Shown here in pieces: positions 29,801 to 37,271 of a stretch of DNA of 64,000 nt. The DNA is taken from positions 1 to 64,000 of IMG/VR virus record IMGVR_UViG_3300011113_000257; one strand, 5' to 3'. The DNA comes from a virus. Each line of letters starts with the position of its first letter. The first letter of the stretch is position 1. The notes beneath the pieces were generated by a model. That model was not told the DNA's origin. It made no database searches and worked only from the letters and a program-made list of their open reading frames with translations. The position numbers and the translations under genes were made by a program.

Positions 29801-32368
29801 GCCTTCGCCATCCATCATTGCTTGCATTTCTTCGTCAGTTAGGTCACCAGATGAGCGACCTTCTTCTACGTCAGAAGCAACTGGCTTATTATCAGCCTGC
29901 GCAGCCCAAGCGCGGTCGGCAATTTCTTGAAGGATTTCGTTGGTATCTTCGCCTTGAAGTTGAAGCGCATCGCGAATGTATTCTGGAGCAATTTCCATAA
30001 CAAACTCGTCGCCATTTTCATCAGTGTAGGAGAATGGTGCTTTGCCTGCGGAATATTTGCTGCCTTCATCACGAGGCTCTAGAGCAAACTCGAGGCTGTC
30101 AATAAGGTCCTCAGAAGGAAAATCTTGTGCAAGAACATATGGGTCATCAGTCCAACCAACAGGAATGCCTTCTTGGTTTAGAGCATCCCCTTCTTCAACT
30201 GTGAGGATATCTTCAAGAGCGACTGGGTTAGGGTCAATCTGAGTGTAACTCTCTGGAAATTTGATGTCTTCATTGCTTGGTAAAAATGGAACGTGGTCAA
30301 AACCGCTATCAACCCATGACTGCAACTCATCTTCAGTCAGACCTTCAATAAGAGCAGGGTGGTTAGGGTCTTCTTCTTCGCTCTCTTCTTCAGCAGTATT
30401 TACATCTTCAATTGGCTGTTTGCCCTTCGCAGGAGTTATTTCGCTAACTTCTGGGATATCTTTAATGCGGTCGAGAGCGTCTGCAACGTCCTCGCCTCTA
30501 ATTTCTGCAATAGGCTTTGCTTCTGGAGTTTCTACTACAGAAGGTTCTTCTATTTCCGCTTCTGGTTCTTGTGCGCGGTCTAGGCGAGCCTTGCCCTTTT
30601 CATAAGTGTCAGCAACAAACTTATCTGCATTCTTACCTTGCTTCTTAAGAGCAAAGTAAAGTGCTTCTGCTGGAACTTCTTCTACTCCCTCGTTGAACTC
30701 TAAACCGCCGTAGCCTAAGCCATTAATACGGTCTAGACTGTCTCCAATAAGAGCCTCTTGTAGAGCGTTAGCAATTTCCCGTGGCTTAAATTTAGTAGCA
30801 AGTGTTTCAGGGTCATCGGTGAAGTCAGTGCTGTCTTCAGTTACGCGACCGCTTGGAGTGTAGTCTCCTTGCTCGAGTTCGTAAGCACCCTGCGGAACTT
30901 CAAGAGCAGGAGCAGTTTCCTTAGGAAGTTTTGCAATAGGTTGTTGTTTTTCTTCTTTTTTGTCTTGCTGTATTTCCTGTCCACCAAGTTTTTTAGTGAT
31001 AGCCTCTGCGCCCTTGCGGAAGTCATCTTCAAAGCCTTGGAATTTTTTACCAAAAGTTACTTGATTTGGTCTAGCATCTGCATCATTAGCAAGTACGTTA
31101 GCAATATTTTCTGCTTGCTCGGCAAGTTGTTCTGGGGTACGGTCTGAAGGGGCAGTGCCGTCACGTAGGAATGCAGCAATGTTTTGTGCAACATTGCGCA
31201 TTGCTCCTGCAGTTTCGTTGTTTGCAATTTCGTCAAGACCTTCAAGAAGCATGTCTTCAGTAATCTCTTGTGACGGCTCAGCCCCGCCAATAGCATCTTT
31301 TGCGGACTCGTCAAGCATTGAAGCCCAACTATCGCCCTTAGCAACTTCGTCTCCATTTTCGTCAATCAAACGGTAAGACTTTGAGCCGTCCTCATTGTCA
31401 GTCTGAGCAACAGTGTAAACACCATCTGAGAAAGCCTTTTCGCCTGGGTTGCCTTGAAAATTATCTACTGGCACCCAGCCTGCAGGAGAATCTACAAACT
31501 CTAAATCTGCTTCGTCAATAATGTCTGACTCATCTGCTGCTGAAAGACGAGCAGGAACAGGACTATAGCCATCTTTAGTTTTTCCTGGAAGATATGCTTC
31601 AACATTTTCTACAGAACTTGCAGGAACGCGAACAATGCCTTTAGGAGTTTGAATATCATAAGTATTTGAACTGGCAGTAGCACCGACCACGGTGCCAGTC
31701 AGCCAGCGCTTAGAGCCATCTTTAGTGCGTACAGGAACACGGGCTCCACCACCTTGGTAAGCAAATTGACCTAAGCGGTTACGAAGTTGGCGCATAGCAC
31801 GCATACGACGATTAATATAAGAGTTACCATCGCCAGAGAATGCTGCAGTAATTGCTTCAAGGGCTTGCGCACCATCTCGAGTGGAACTCAAGCGAGTTGT
31901 AGCGTACTTACGCTGTTCTTCAGTTGACTCAACTGAGAAAGCAGAAGCAAGAAGAGGAGCATGTTCTTCAGAAATACGAGGGTCAGCCAAGTACCACTGC
32001 ATCTGAGCATCTGCAAGAGCAGAAGCAGTCATTGCATGAGGTGCTGCTGAGAATGGGTGAGCAGTTGTAAGAAGGTCAGAGTACTTAGAAACTGAAGAGT
32101 AAGAAACATGACCTTGCGCAAGATTAATGAATGACTTAAGTTCATTAAATGCGTAACTACGACGACTAGAGAAAAGACTAAAGTGGCGACTTTCGTTTAG
32201 AGCACGCCAAACTACTTCGATAGCAGATGCATCAGTTACTTGACGTAGTGGAGCAACTCTGGAGTTAGCAGAGGCAACAACAGCCAAAACGTCTTGACGA
32301 ATTAAAAGAGCCTGTTCAACTGCTGAACGACGCTTCACGCCTTTAGTTACTTTAGTTCTGTTATTCAC
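20885..32368 (-). CDS. Giant (3827 aa) multidomain putative virion protein with DEDDh exonuclease, GNAT-like and HipA/PI4K-like kinase domains
   Basis: FFDYETTG...AQNSRFD...HSADAD (~27390-27901); NYYIANGAKFITVTAAGGGDATGAYVWAITGF (~22600-22800); YVKD...AE...DAVIQNEDRNPQN...PFDN (~20900-21700). Confidence 0.8.
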   Translation of the reverse strand: MNNRTKVTKGVKRRSAVEQALLIRQDVLAVVASANSRVAPLRQVTDASAIEVVWRALNESRHFSLFSSRRSYAFNELKSFINLAQGHVSYSSVSKYSDLLTTAHPFSAAPHAMTASALADAQMQWYLADPRISEEHAPLLASAFSVESTEEQRKYATTRLSSTRDGAQALEAITAAFSGDGNSYINRRMRAMRQLRNRLGQFAYQGGGARVPVRTKDGSKRWLTGTVVGATASSNTYDIQTPKGIVRVPASSVENVEAYLPGKTKDGYSPVPARLSAADESDIIDEADLEFVDSPAGWVPVDNFQGNPGEKAFSDGVYTVAQTDNEDGSKSYRLIDENGDEVAKGDSWASMLDESAKDAIGGAEPSQEITEDMLLEGLDEIANNETAGAMRNVAQNIAAFLRDGTAPSDRTPEQLAEQAENIANVLANDADARPNQVTFGKKFQGFEDDFRKGAEAITKKLGGQEIQQDKKEEKQQPIAKLPKETAPALEVPQGAYELEQGDYTPSGRVTEDSTDFTDDPETLATKFKPREIANALQEALIGDSLDRINGLGYGGLEFNEGVEEVPAEALYFALKKQGKNADKFVADTYEKGKARLDRAQEPEAEIEEPSVVETPEAKPIAEIRGEDVADALDRIKDIPEVSEITPAKGKQPIEDVNTAEEESEEEDPNHPALIEGLTEDELQSWVDSGFDHVPFLPSNEDIKFPESYTQIDPNPVALEDILTVEEGDALNQEGIPVGWTDDPYVLAQDFPSEDLIDSLEFALEPRDEGSKYSAGKAPFSYTDENGDEFVMEIAPEYIRDALQLQGEDTNEILQEIADRAWAAQADNKPVASDVEEGRSSGDLTDEEMQAMMDGEGIAEEPSVTEVIAERARGIQPGGGLTIDTLDGSEPTEGFVVARQGFNKEINFDEFMSDPEKYIYDYLAENKDALSEDNMYLGFWHDEENNEMVLDVSEVFSDREAGIQAGIDRNQQAIYDIGSNEVVNTGGTGDREEATESQPSEGTEETQPDDGRGTEGIREGSGTSAEEEATGPVSPAGTPLSVKQSNLPLNELEFGDYIDPSQFDVDVPNGSHSWYMGFTPRDEEIIEDTDENGVTTSSITGYITGFDAYGNEIDRTVVVDVSSDAQKFTTFNPSSYKNPNAETKVTDSPEDIWGLNTESNLPSKASIVKFSAPVTDMQPGDVTIGDNFTITEVGTEPDSRGKISVKGYFPGHPVQEKLWKNTTPINFVRGIPAEDMPMSGNLPEIHKPRYADFQGGSNSQEFKLAYAKWRGMINAARGRWTNRYDVASYEFNPTTDIHRVKVHTNELKPGDVMADATKGNFVIVSVSDPNPDNPDHADAINQGLLIVKGYYPGHELQEKQWKPRQEGRNGREYKMEVIRNSELPESGPLPAINQGEVIDGRYVRNTDPEFLKQYNQNLATAASLYNFPSDAPEVDYPQEVNPALREAPRPVPEREPRSPFEVSDPFAQGAFAEMLREAGSWENLREAMKGMTFTFFDYETTGLDPNTENPVQLGAVKIKDGVVVDRFNMYMNPGRPLEGWSKDNLKDGDGNPLSDEFLQQQASMEEAHQAFADWVGADTILGAQNSRFDRKFLENVLSNTGVDFTPTGYIDPQSLARAINADAGNPRKGVALGKLAEEYGVSLENWHSADADAEAAALIFGKLLDRAQAENLANGQFDVDAIAAKHAEDSAFYDSVTYPNYLRDLEAWNMSQAVANALAGNDVDVDQLVSDAKNTTENITPESAEDVAGVKASKDLASKPTRLGKTEWVLNDANTRPIDREDVRANSLEVGDFMRTRKGDRWSQVVGVEEVEDNRFSIHRIDLESGEEFVSGPYWGGTRLDNVRRPISANSLSTGEEGDPTLTDVVEPSEKPAPRLEHTADNIDDFNAETTVEDNGDGTLTATTKVFDENGDLVGEQENIVDSVDEAQTIGDSVLRALHEDIIALSLEMFNAEKDTKPTEEEKPSQILDVTYPTQRSEAIVYDKDGVAYKITVMQMPKRFGGGYEVGVFKDKGLSNWEEAQERFLGEGVNIANFQRFETLEDAKSATEEINKFLQPAVKTPKKPARSKQQNLEAKRARIQNGAYLIYQSVDGEGSYVWRNPDESTVPLDMSDPEQAGDLSIGRVFGAQGERVVESPEDVTTELLNKDLSDLNDDDQEGTEEPVVFEPGTPVDGNVILEGGTIIAPQRVVGPDGREYDVATILLPRIDGAPERYEVVAVDPNNPNRRAKASSAATLGEAKALHADMINGLADGSIQADYNFDANTDVRAVTPGDSSPYTTDESMMSGTPAMRRRIIGNKIFRKWQARNNIYADGVNQARVGDRVVHSYDGWNSRGEGTVVGWHVVENDGDIPREGYAIVAFRDGSYALWATRMLFLNGRTAGMENRTDYEPPKELETRPNLDPMRREQYALTNKYIVKRSYRNQDGTYQVKIYPYISKRQGAQVGETRRAYRMWGEILDQINEYRRQNGLPVLAQSDLPLVIPDVDSRDGRGRTWIRMMGGTPPTPPTPPAGPSGDNNDGGGTPPVTPPSTPTPESTLTPTDALYNESQLSPEVYQNLMGYYDKGGRDLRAGNTALTDVGDLVYIFDTVGQRNVGEFKPDGSVDWFSNTARARHGRDFLDALRSVDAVPAGSIPPPPPPTSGPIQEESAEQPTPTLAPTNPEQERATELADFVDNFNSLTSGNSENGIRAKMAEISRLAGNDTLLIIDDRNGSLAVRIKWDEDAQGYSVARGGLDEVGYFADLDAAGLEAVSRLEGARPFRQTTSEPAQTTATTPTVRRATARNPYPLQPRADREITPEELENIRAEFATRAGNLISATPFEVSIREDNNSISIKIPLTGYEGVMTHSLGRGGWTINRVSDDGRLINGASKPKTNDAIDQLVTKASDSVNQYQITRFGSSRRQLGDLIRSLPDYNSSEYRSFTKDSAGPNDTWEASFQHKPKGYVNGYKVDVSISLDGESSASVSVVKPNGESDVYELTPSSNYDQLVDSIRDKVSELVSQNNEETLAAKQARATAKAGEIQESFENLELTPNRVPLARRFLNRLMGEILPVQQLEFDGSMEGVSDINFDRIDDNPVLTPNGDFVDQQYFQDKGWEAQKAAQIARAGTSRPSIAEVARISREGTERELNEAFKLILGAGNMFGPALKVQSVTADGRVRETGASSIYAFVTIKDTTTGKTYNARRTFNFVDGKLDNVYNASMFIEGATPSGFSSLFNQFAENYYIANGAKFITVTAAGGGDATGAYVWAITGFNWASASVGYDRLKKMYDEIQRDGSRYVSGSADKARSRADMEAYVQQAFDAYGVSSWEELRQAAVMDVHPSFPTPRELAMVGWDPNARKTQLKWFGKSYMIANQWNGKKVLDPNATERKQNHAYDAMKDAVDVLSSTGETSFENNENIKRHFTNRETYQGDGEIIAPYADELTLLVGYDGSRSVSLLSPPAKAALGKYIATTLANQENLSLTNEDTPSGRAVDAGIISDLVNILSALQKDRLALEPNRESFSSQGESVLTLPSSIFNPLMPEGVAQEVMNPDTGEILPLTITKLVRQSSVSPTTGPSISGPYSGASNSWKVESNITGEVFYVKDASTNTAALAETSSNALGRALGIIGLPVIEKHSSDDRNLIITSELGTNLSIPALRTQELVVAPNDSPELDTAYLVKMSESRLFDIDETDVSSRVSVNNSLGMLILDAVIQNEDRNPQNVIMVRGNDVPNSSSHQNESESYIPIPFDNAASVAVQTALEQTSVGYQSPYDYLSRSFAQSNELGKQFYDRFGPVTLKALIDKIIDDAFDRLRAEYGPHIPQEILNMFVDRMGEIRNYSPDTWTEIYG

Positions 32369-33480
32369 GAAGAAGAACCCTTCTCGAAGCGAGGCAATAA
32401 GTCAGCGTCTTTACTGTCGTATGTATATTCTGCCACATTTTTTACACGACTATATGGGTCTTCGTTATCTTTAACTGCTCGCAACCACGTTGCGCGAAGT
32501 GCTGGGATAACTTCATAACCTAAACCAGAAAATTCTGCTAAGGCAGTAATAGCATCTTCTGTTGATTCGTATTCTTCTAAATCTTTAAGGGTTGTAGAAA
32601 GTTCTTGCTCGTAGTACATGTCATCTACATCTTGCTTAAGTTTTGCTCTGTCGTATTCAATAACAGCATCATCGTTGACAGCACCTTCAGGAAGAACTGC
32701 AAAACGGCATTTGCCCATAGGCTCTACTGGTAGAGCAATAATTTGGCACTGGTCTCCGCCTTGATAGAAAACGCAGTTAGCACAGATGACACCAATCGAA
32801 GCAACTTCATTTTCTGCAGCAGGAGTATAGCCAGCCCAAACGCCAATCTGGTCTTCGTTGAACTTTCCGTGCTTAGCAACAACTTCAAGCAGAGCATCTG
32901 CTAGGTCTCGCTCTTCTGGAACCAATCGAGCAGAGGCTGTAAGCGCTGAAGCAGAACTTTTTGTACTACGAGGATGTGACGCAGGAAGTAAGTCGTTATC
33001 TTGCTTGTAGGCAGCGTTAGAAGGCTTTCCAGACTTAAGAAGTTTTAGGAAAGCGTTAACGCGAGCCATAGCCCACTGGTCGCGAGTCATACCTGGTCGA
33101 TGTGAGACTGAGAAAGCACCTGCTCCACGGCGGTAAACAGCCTTAAGCATTCCTAAAGTAGCCTTGCGACCTTCTTTAGCCTTTTCGTTATGGTCAGAGA
33201 CTTTATTTTTTAGAGACTCTTCTACTTTTGCAGAAAACTTAATAGCCTTAGATTTTCCAGTTGAGGCAGAGCCTTTAGGGTTTGTGCTGGAACCTTTAAT
33301 TCTGTCTTTCTTTGGAGCAGGAGTCTGAGAAATAGTTCTTTTCTTTTTCGCTGCAAATTCTGCATCGCTTGAATCGTCAGAAGCATCTATTGGCACACAG
33401 TTAGGAACCATTTGTCCATCTTTGCCTTTCTTCATACCAACTTGCTTATAGCCATCCCAGCAAGGATTATTATCAGGCAT
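32365..33480 (-). CDS. Modular head-associated protein (CWxGY..VPNCVP, YRRGAGAF and 4-Cys HiPIP-like modules)
   Basis: Motifs read from the translation; CANCVFYQ...C...C follows ALTASA. Confidence 0.6.
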   Translation of the reverse strand: MPDNNPCWDGYKQVGMKKGKDGQMVPNCVPIDASDDSSDAEFAAKKKRTISQTPAPKKDRIKGSSTNPKGSASTGKSKAIKFSAKVEESLKNKVSDHNEKAKEGRKATLGMLKAVYRRGAGAFSVSHRPGMTRDQWAMARVNAFLKLLKSGKPSNAAYKQDNDLLPASHPRSTKSSASALTASARLVPEERDLADALLEVVAKHGKFNEDQIGVWAGYTPAAENEVASIGVICANCVFYQGGDQCQIIALPVEPMGKCRFAVLPEGAVNDDAVIEYDRAKLKQDVDDMYYEQELSTTLKDLEEYESTEDAITALAEFSGLGYEVIPALRATWLRAVKDNEDPYSRVKNVAEYTYDSKDADLLPRFEKGSSS

Positions 33481-35218
33481 TTTCTACACCTTCTGTAGGC
33501 GGACCAAACAATTCAGGGAAGTTTTCTACTGTTGGTTCTAGAGTCATACCAGTTTCAACTGGTTCTTCTGTAGGGGCTTCAGGGGCTTGAGGCTCCTCTG
33601 GTGTTGGCTCTATTGGTGCTTCTCCTGAAAGGGCTTGAGTAACCTCAGGTGGAAGTGGACCAACAGAATTAGCCTGTTGCGCACCCTTAATCTTTGTCAT
33701 CATGTCAGGAGCAAGGGCAGCGAGTGCTGCTTCTGTAAGTTCAGGTGTGAGCATTCCTTTTTCGAAGAACATACGAATTGCAAGTTCTTCAGGAGTAGGT
33801 GCATCTGCATCCGAGAAACCGTGAGCATGTCGCCAAGTAGAAAGCGAGATTGCCATCTTGTCAAAACCTGCATCAGCATCAGCAGCGCGGTCATTGCGAG
33901 TTGAAATTGCTGATGGGTCATACCAAACAACAATGCGGTCTACGTCTGATTCTGCGAAACCATTTGCCAAAAGGTAAGGGCGTAAGTAAACAACTGTAAT
34001 TGCATCTGCAATAAGAAGCATGAGTGGCTCAATATGGGTCTTGTAGAGCGTCTCATCAATCTGCAGGGCGTTTGAGTACTTGACGTTGGCTAAGCCAGTG
34101 ATTACGTCTTTAGGCACGTCTACGCCCTGCAGAATGCGTTCCAGTACGCGGTCAGCACGTTGGGCTAGGGCAGGGTCAAAGGAGCGCTCAAACTTAAATT
34201 GCTTAATAGCATCGCCAAGTTCTGCAGGACCACGAATGATAAGTGGAACAACTGCGCTGGCAGAGTCCTCATCCTTAATAGGAGTGGTCATTGCATCGAT
34301 AAGTTGCTCTTCAAAGTCGTCTTGCTGTTCTTCAATAAGAATGTCTGGGTCTACGTCTACGTCATCAGAGTATGGGTAGTCAGGTTGTGCATTTGCTGCA
34401 ACGCTTAGACCATCTGGTAAGTAAAGTGCGCCAGCGTTGAGGCGTGAACGCGCTGTTGCACGGAAAGTACGATTAAGAAGTAGAAGTTCTGCGCAAAGGT
34501 CTAACAAACCGCGTAATGATGAGTCTGCCTCGTCTGAGTAGCGTGGGTGTGAGCGCCAGATGCGTCCTACAAATGCTTGACTACCTAGTTGATGGCTAGA
34601 TTTGTTGTTTGAGCCACCCATACCGTTGCCCATAGCCTGTTCACGGCGACCAATTACGCTGTAACCACCCTTAGGGTCTGCAAGAACTTCGTCAACGGAC
34701 TTAATATCCCACGACTCAGAAGTTCCACGCATAGGCTGTGAAGGCATTTGCACTAAGTAGCATTCGCCAGCAACAGAAAGGTTAAGAGCAGCGTCGCGCA
34801 AGAGTCCAGCCTGACCACCGTAAGCGGAATCAAGACGACCTAAGGCGCGTTCTGCGCCATCCTTCATGCGTTGGTCAATAATTGAAGAGTCTCTTACATT
34901 TACAGGAGTTTCAGAAGGATTTTCTACAACTGCTGCGTAAATGCGAATGCGTGAAATTACAGAGGCTACAAGATTGAATGCATATTTTAATTCGCCGATT
35001 GCATCGTAGTATTCCCAAGCCTCGGCTTGCCAAGAAGATGAATTAGAAGAGCGACGTGCGCGAAATTGTTCGTATTCCCCTTTGTCCCCAATTTTCATTT
35101 GTTGCGCTGCAGCAGTTAAAGGACGAATTGCTGAATATGGCAGTGGTTCTAGTGGAGTACCACCAGAATTTAAAGCGCGTACTGGACGGTCGGCATCATC
35201 GCGACTAAATACACCCAT
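33473..35218 (-). CDS. Portal protein
   Basis: LTAAA...WQAEAWEYYDAIGELKYAFNLVASVISRIR N-terminus and SAVVPLIIRGP motif of cluster-B-like actinophage portals; first large gene of the head module. Confidence 0.85.
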   Translation of the reverse strand: MGVFSRDDADRPVRALNSGGTPLEPLPYSAIRPLTAAAQQMKIGDKGEYEQFRARRSSNSSSWQAEAWEYYDAIGELKYAFNLVASVISRIRIYAAVVENPSETPVNVRDSSIIDQRMKDGAERALGRLDSAYGGQAGLLRDAALNLSVAGECYLVQMPSQPMRGTSESWDIKSVDEVLADPKGGYSVIGRREQAMGNGMGGSNNKSSHQLGSQAFVGRIWRSHPRYSDEADSSLRGLLDLCAELLLLNRTFRATARSRLNAGALYLPDGLSVAANAQPDYPYSDDVDVDPDILIEEQQDDFEEQLIDAMTTPIKDEDSASAVVPLIIRGPAELGDAIKQFKFERSFDPALAQRADRVLERILQGVDVPKDVITGLANVKYSNALQIDETLYKTHIEPLMLLIADAITVVYLRPYLLANGFAESDVDRIVVWYDPSAISTRNDRAADADAGFDKMAISLSTWRHAHGFSDADAPTPEELAIRMFFEKGMLTPELTEAALAALAPDMMTKIKGAQQANSVGPLPPEVTQALSGEAPIEPTPEEPQAPEAPTEEPVETGMTLEPTVENFPELFGPPTEGVENA

Positions 35219-35257
35219 TTATTACTCCTTTGTCGTTTTTATTACGGAGCATGAGGG

Positions 35258-35557
35258 TTATTCCTTGTTCTCATACGCGGTAAGCAATCCCGCCATCGCA
35301 GAAAGTGCTAATGCAACTGCAAAAAAGCGGAATGTTGTTGCATCGATTGTATACCAAGTTGCAAAGCCTAATCCTAGCCACACACTAGAGCACCACTCGC
35401 AAGTAAATAGGTATCCTATGCGTGTAGTTTCTGGTGGATAGCGGTTCCATATCTTATTTCTGACGTTAGAAAAAATTTCATCTTGCGTAACTAGCCTTGT
35501 AGCGCGATAAATTGCTAGTGAAAACACAATAAAATCAACAATATTTAGAGTTTGCAT
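35258..35557 (-). CDS. DUF1360-like membrane protein
   Basis: YRATRLVTQDEIF..R and LFTCEWCSSVW motifs with TM segments. Confidence 0.7.
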   Translation of the reverse strand: MQTLNIVDFIVFSLAIYRATRLVTQDEIFSNVRNKIWNRYPPETTRIGYLFTCEWCSSVWLGLGFATWYTIDATTFRFFAVALALSAMAGLLTAYENKE

Positions 35558-35565
35558 ATAAATCC

Positions 35566-35991
35566 TTAGTTAGCGCTCAAAATTGAGCCAACTGGTGACC
35601 AGTTTTTTAGTCGTGAACCGCAACCACAAGACTTATCTTTTTTAACTGCGATAATTTTATTCGTAACTGTAATAAAACGTGTTATTTTTTGTTGGTCAAC
35701 GTCTTTTTGCGTGTATTGCTCCCTAAAAAACATCACAGGACCAGTACTAGAATCAACGCCAATGTAAACAGTTGTCTCATCTGCAATAACACGGGCAACA
35801 GGGAGCAGTTTTGAGCCTCTCACTGCAGAGTTTTGTTGGTGATTGATTTGGTACATATCTATGTTTGGATATGTTTCGCTTGGAGTAATGTGAACATTGG
35901 CTGGAAAAGTGTCTAAAAGTCTCAAGAGGGGTTTCCTATCGGATGTAGTGCGTGAATTGGAAGTCTTCCCAACCAAGCATTTCGGTAGCAA
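35566..35991 (-). CDS. Hypothetical protein (C-terminal CGCGS motif); start uncertain
   Basis: ORF track; co-oriented with neighbours. Confidence 0.55.
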   Translation of the reverse strand: MLPKCLVGKTSNSRTTSDRKPLLRLLDTFPANVHITPSETYPNIDMYQINHQQNSAVRGSKLLPVARVIADETTVYIGVDSSTGPVMFFREQYTQKDVDQQKITRFITVTNKIIAVKKDKSCGCGSRLKNWSPVGSILSAN

Positions 35992-36223
35992 GTTCGGTGG
36001 AAATGATAATAGGTGATTCGGGACTTGAACTGTTCAGTCTTTTCTGAAAATCGTCTTCTGAATAAATGTAAGTAGCGTTTTTGAAGGCTTGTAGTTCCTC
36101 GCGAGGGATTGAAAGTGGTTTTGGTGGCGTTCCGTGACTAGTTAGGGCTTGAAGAAGCCTTGATTGGGGGTGGTCTGAGCGTGATGGGTTTAACCACACA
36201 ACACAGCAAAGGTCAGTTGTCAT
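35936..36223 (-). CDS. Hypothetical protein
   Basis: ATGA overlap with the upstream gene. Confidence 0.55.
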   Translation of the reverse strand: MTTDLCCVVWLNPSRSDHPQSRLLQALTSHGTPPKPLSIPREELQAFKNATYIYSEDDFQKRLNSSSPESPIIISTELATEMLGWEDFQFTHYIR

Positions 36224-36687
36224 AGGTTTGATAGTCCTTTACTTACTCGGCGAAACATTGCACGAGGGGAGACCTCGCAGGCTTTAGCGATTCTTTGGAC
36301 GGGAACGCCTTTTAGGTATAAATCGGTGGCAAGTTTGGTTAGGTCTTCATTTGCTAGGCGAAATGGCGAGGACGGGGGCGTTTTTGCTCGACAGCGTTGC
36401 GCTAGATGAGAAAGACGCTTAAGTTCTGGAACAAGTTTAGGTGGGACTTTAGGGGAGATTGGGCGTACAGGAAGATTAGGAGTTGGTAGAGGGGCTGGGT
36501 TTTTCTCGTCTGTGTAGCCAGTGTCTTCCTGTTTAATCCAGTTATAAACCGTAGATTTTGGGCGCGGAGGTATTAGGGAGTCGCCTAGTTCTTTGAGAGA
36601 CCAACCAGCCTCGTGGAGCGCCAAAAGACGGTTTGGAATTAGTGGTCCAAGTGAGTTCAGAAACTCTTTTTCAGATTCTGGGAGCAT
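36220..36687 (-). CDS. Double helix-turn-helix DNA-binding protein
   Basis: GWSLKELGDSL..PKSTVYNWIK and GVPVQRIAKACEVSPRAMFRRV HTH-like segments. Confidence 0.65.
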   Translation of the reverse strand: MLPESEKEFLNSLGPLIPNRLLALHEAGWSLKELGDSLIPPRPKSTVYNWIKQEDTGYTDEKNPAPLPTPNLPVRPISPKVPPKLVPELKRLSHLAQRCRAKTPPSSPFRLANEDLTKLATDLYLKGVPVQRIAKACEVSPRAMFRRVSKGLSNL

Positions 36688-36691
36688 GGCT

Positions 36692-36823
36692 CTATTGTAC
36701 AGAGTTTTCTCTTAAGTGTTTCTCCTCGCAGTCACGGGCGAGTTGGGGGACAACGTATTGTTTGCCGCACCAGTCGCAGAACCAAAGATGGTCGTAATTA
36801 GACTTCGAGTTCGAGTCTGACAA
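36692..36823 (-). CDS. Zinc-finger miniprotein (43 aa), not in ORF track
   Basis: TTG start after GAAAGGA; ...WFCDWCGKQYVVPQLARDCEEKH... Confidence 0.6.
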   Translation of the reverse strand: MSDSNSKSNYDHLWFCDWCGKQYVVPQLARDCEEKHLRENSVQ

Positions 36824-36999
36824 AGAGTTCCTTTCGACACTTACATTCTAAGCCGGGATAAGTTGAACGGAAAGACGAAAAAGGTGAACAGTAACTTTAT
36901 TTGGATTTGGGCGCTGAGGCGGCTGTCGTTGTTTCGTACACTTGTTCTAATCGTTTCGGCATTTTTATTTGAATTTTCAACTAACAAACTTTTAGAAAT

Positions 37000-37115
37000 T
37001 TTTTATTTCTTTGTGCCTTTGTCTTTAAGTTTGCCTTTGCTTTTTGTCTTTATCCTTTTACCTTTTTGTGTGCCTGCCTTTATGACTTGCCTTGCCTTAT
37101 GAGTGTTGCCTACTC
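37000..37115. repeat. Degenerate pyrimidine-rich TGCCTT/TGTCTT repeats at the strand-switch point
   Basis: tttgtgcctttgtctttaagtttgcctttgctttttgtcttt...ttgccttgcctt. Confidence 0.6.
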
Positions 37116-37198
37116 ATTAAACACGCTCAACACGCTGAAGGAATACAATTATTTTTCCTAGTGTCATAAGGCTTTTCAAAGTATTTACTAAATTCAAC

Positions 37199-37227
37199 TT
37201 GCACTAACCTGACTTTTCTGAGACAAT
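37199..37227 (+). promoter_or_regulatory. Early promoter TTGCAC-N17-GACAAT
   Basis: Near-identical partner at 37579-37607; followed by AAGGG hairpin and SD. Confidence 0.65.
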
Positions 37228-37271
37228 TGTTTTATCAAGTTGCAAGGGGCAACTGATAGAAGGAGACCAAG

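Noticed and set aside
256-35441. Many plus-strand and alternate-frame ORFs in the track overlapping the structural genes
   Set aside because: They are antisense or frame shadows of long minus-strand genes and lack SDs or recognisable motifs.
36863-37102. 79-aa hydrophobic plus-strand ORF
   Set aside because: Hydrophobicity comes from the T-rich repeat tract; TTG start without a clear SD.
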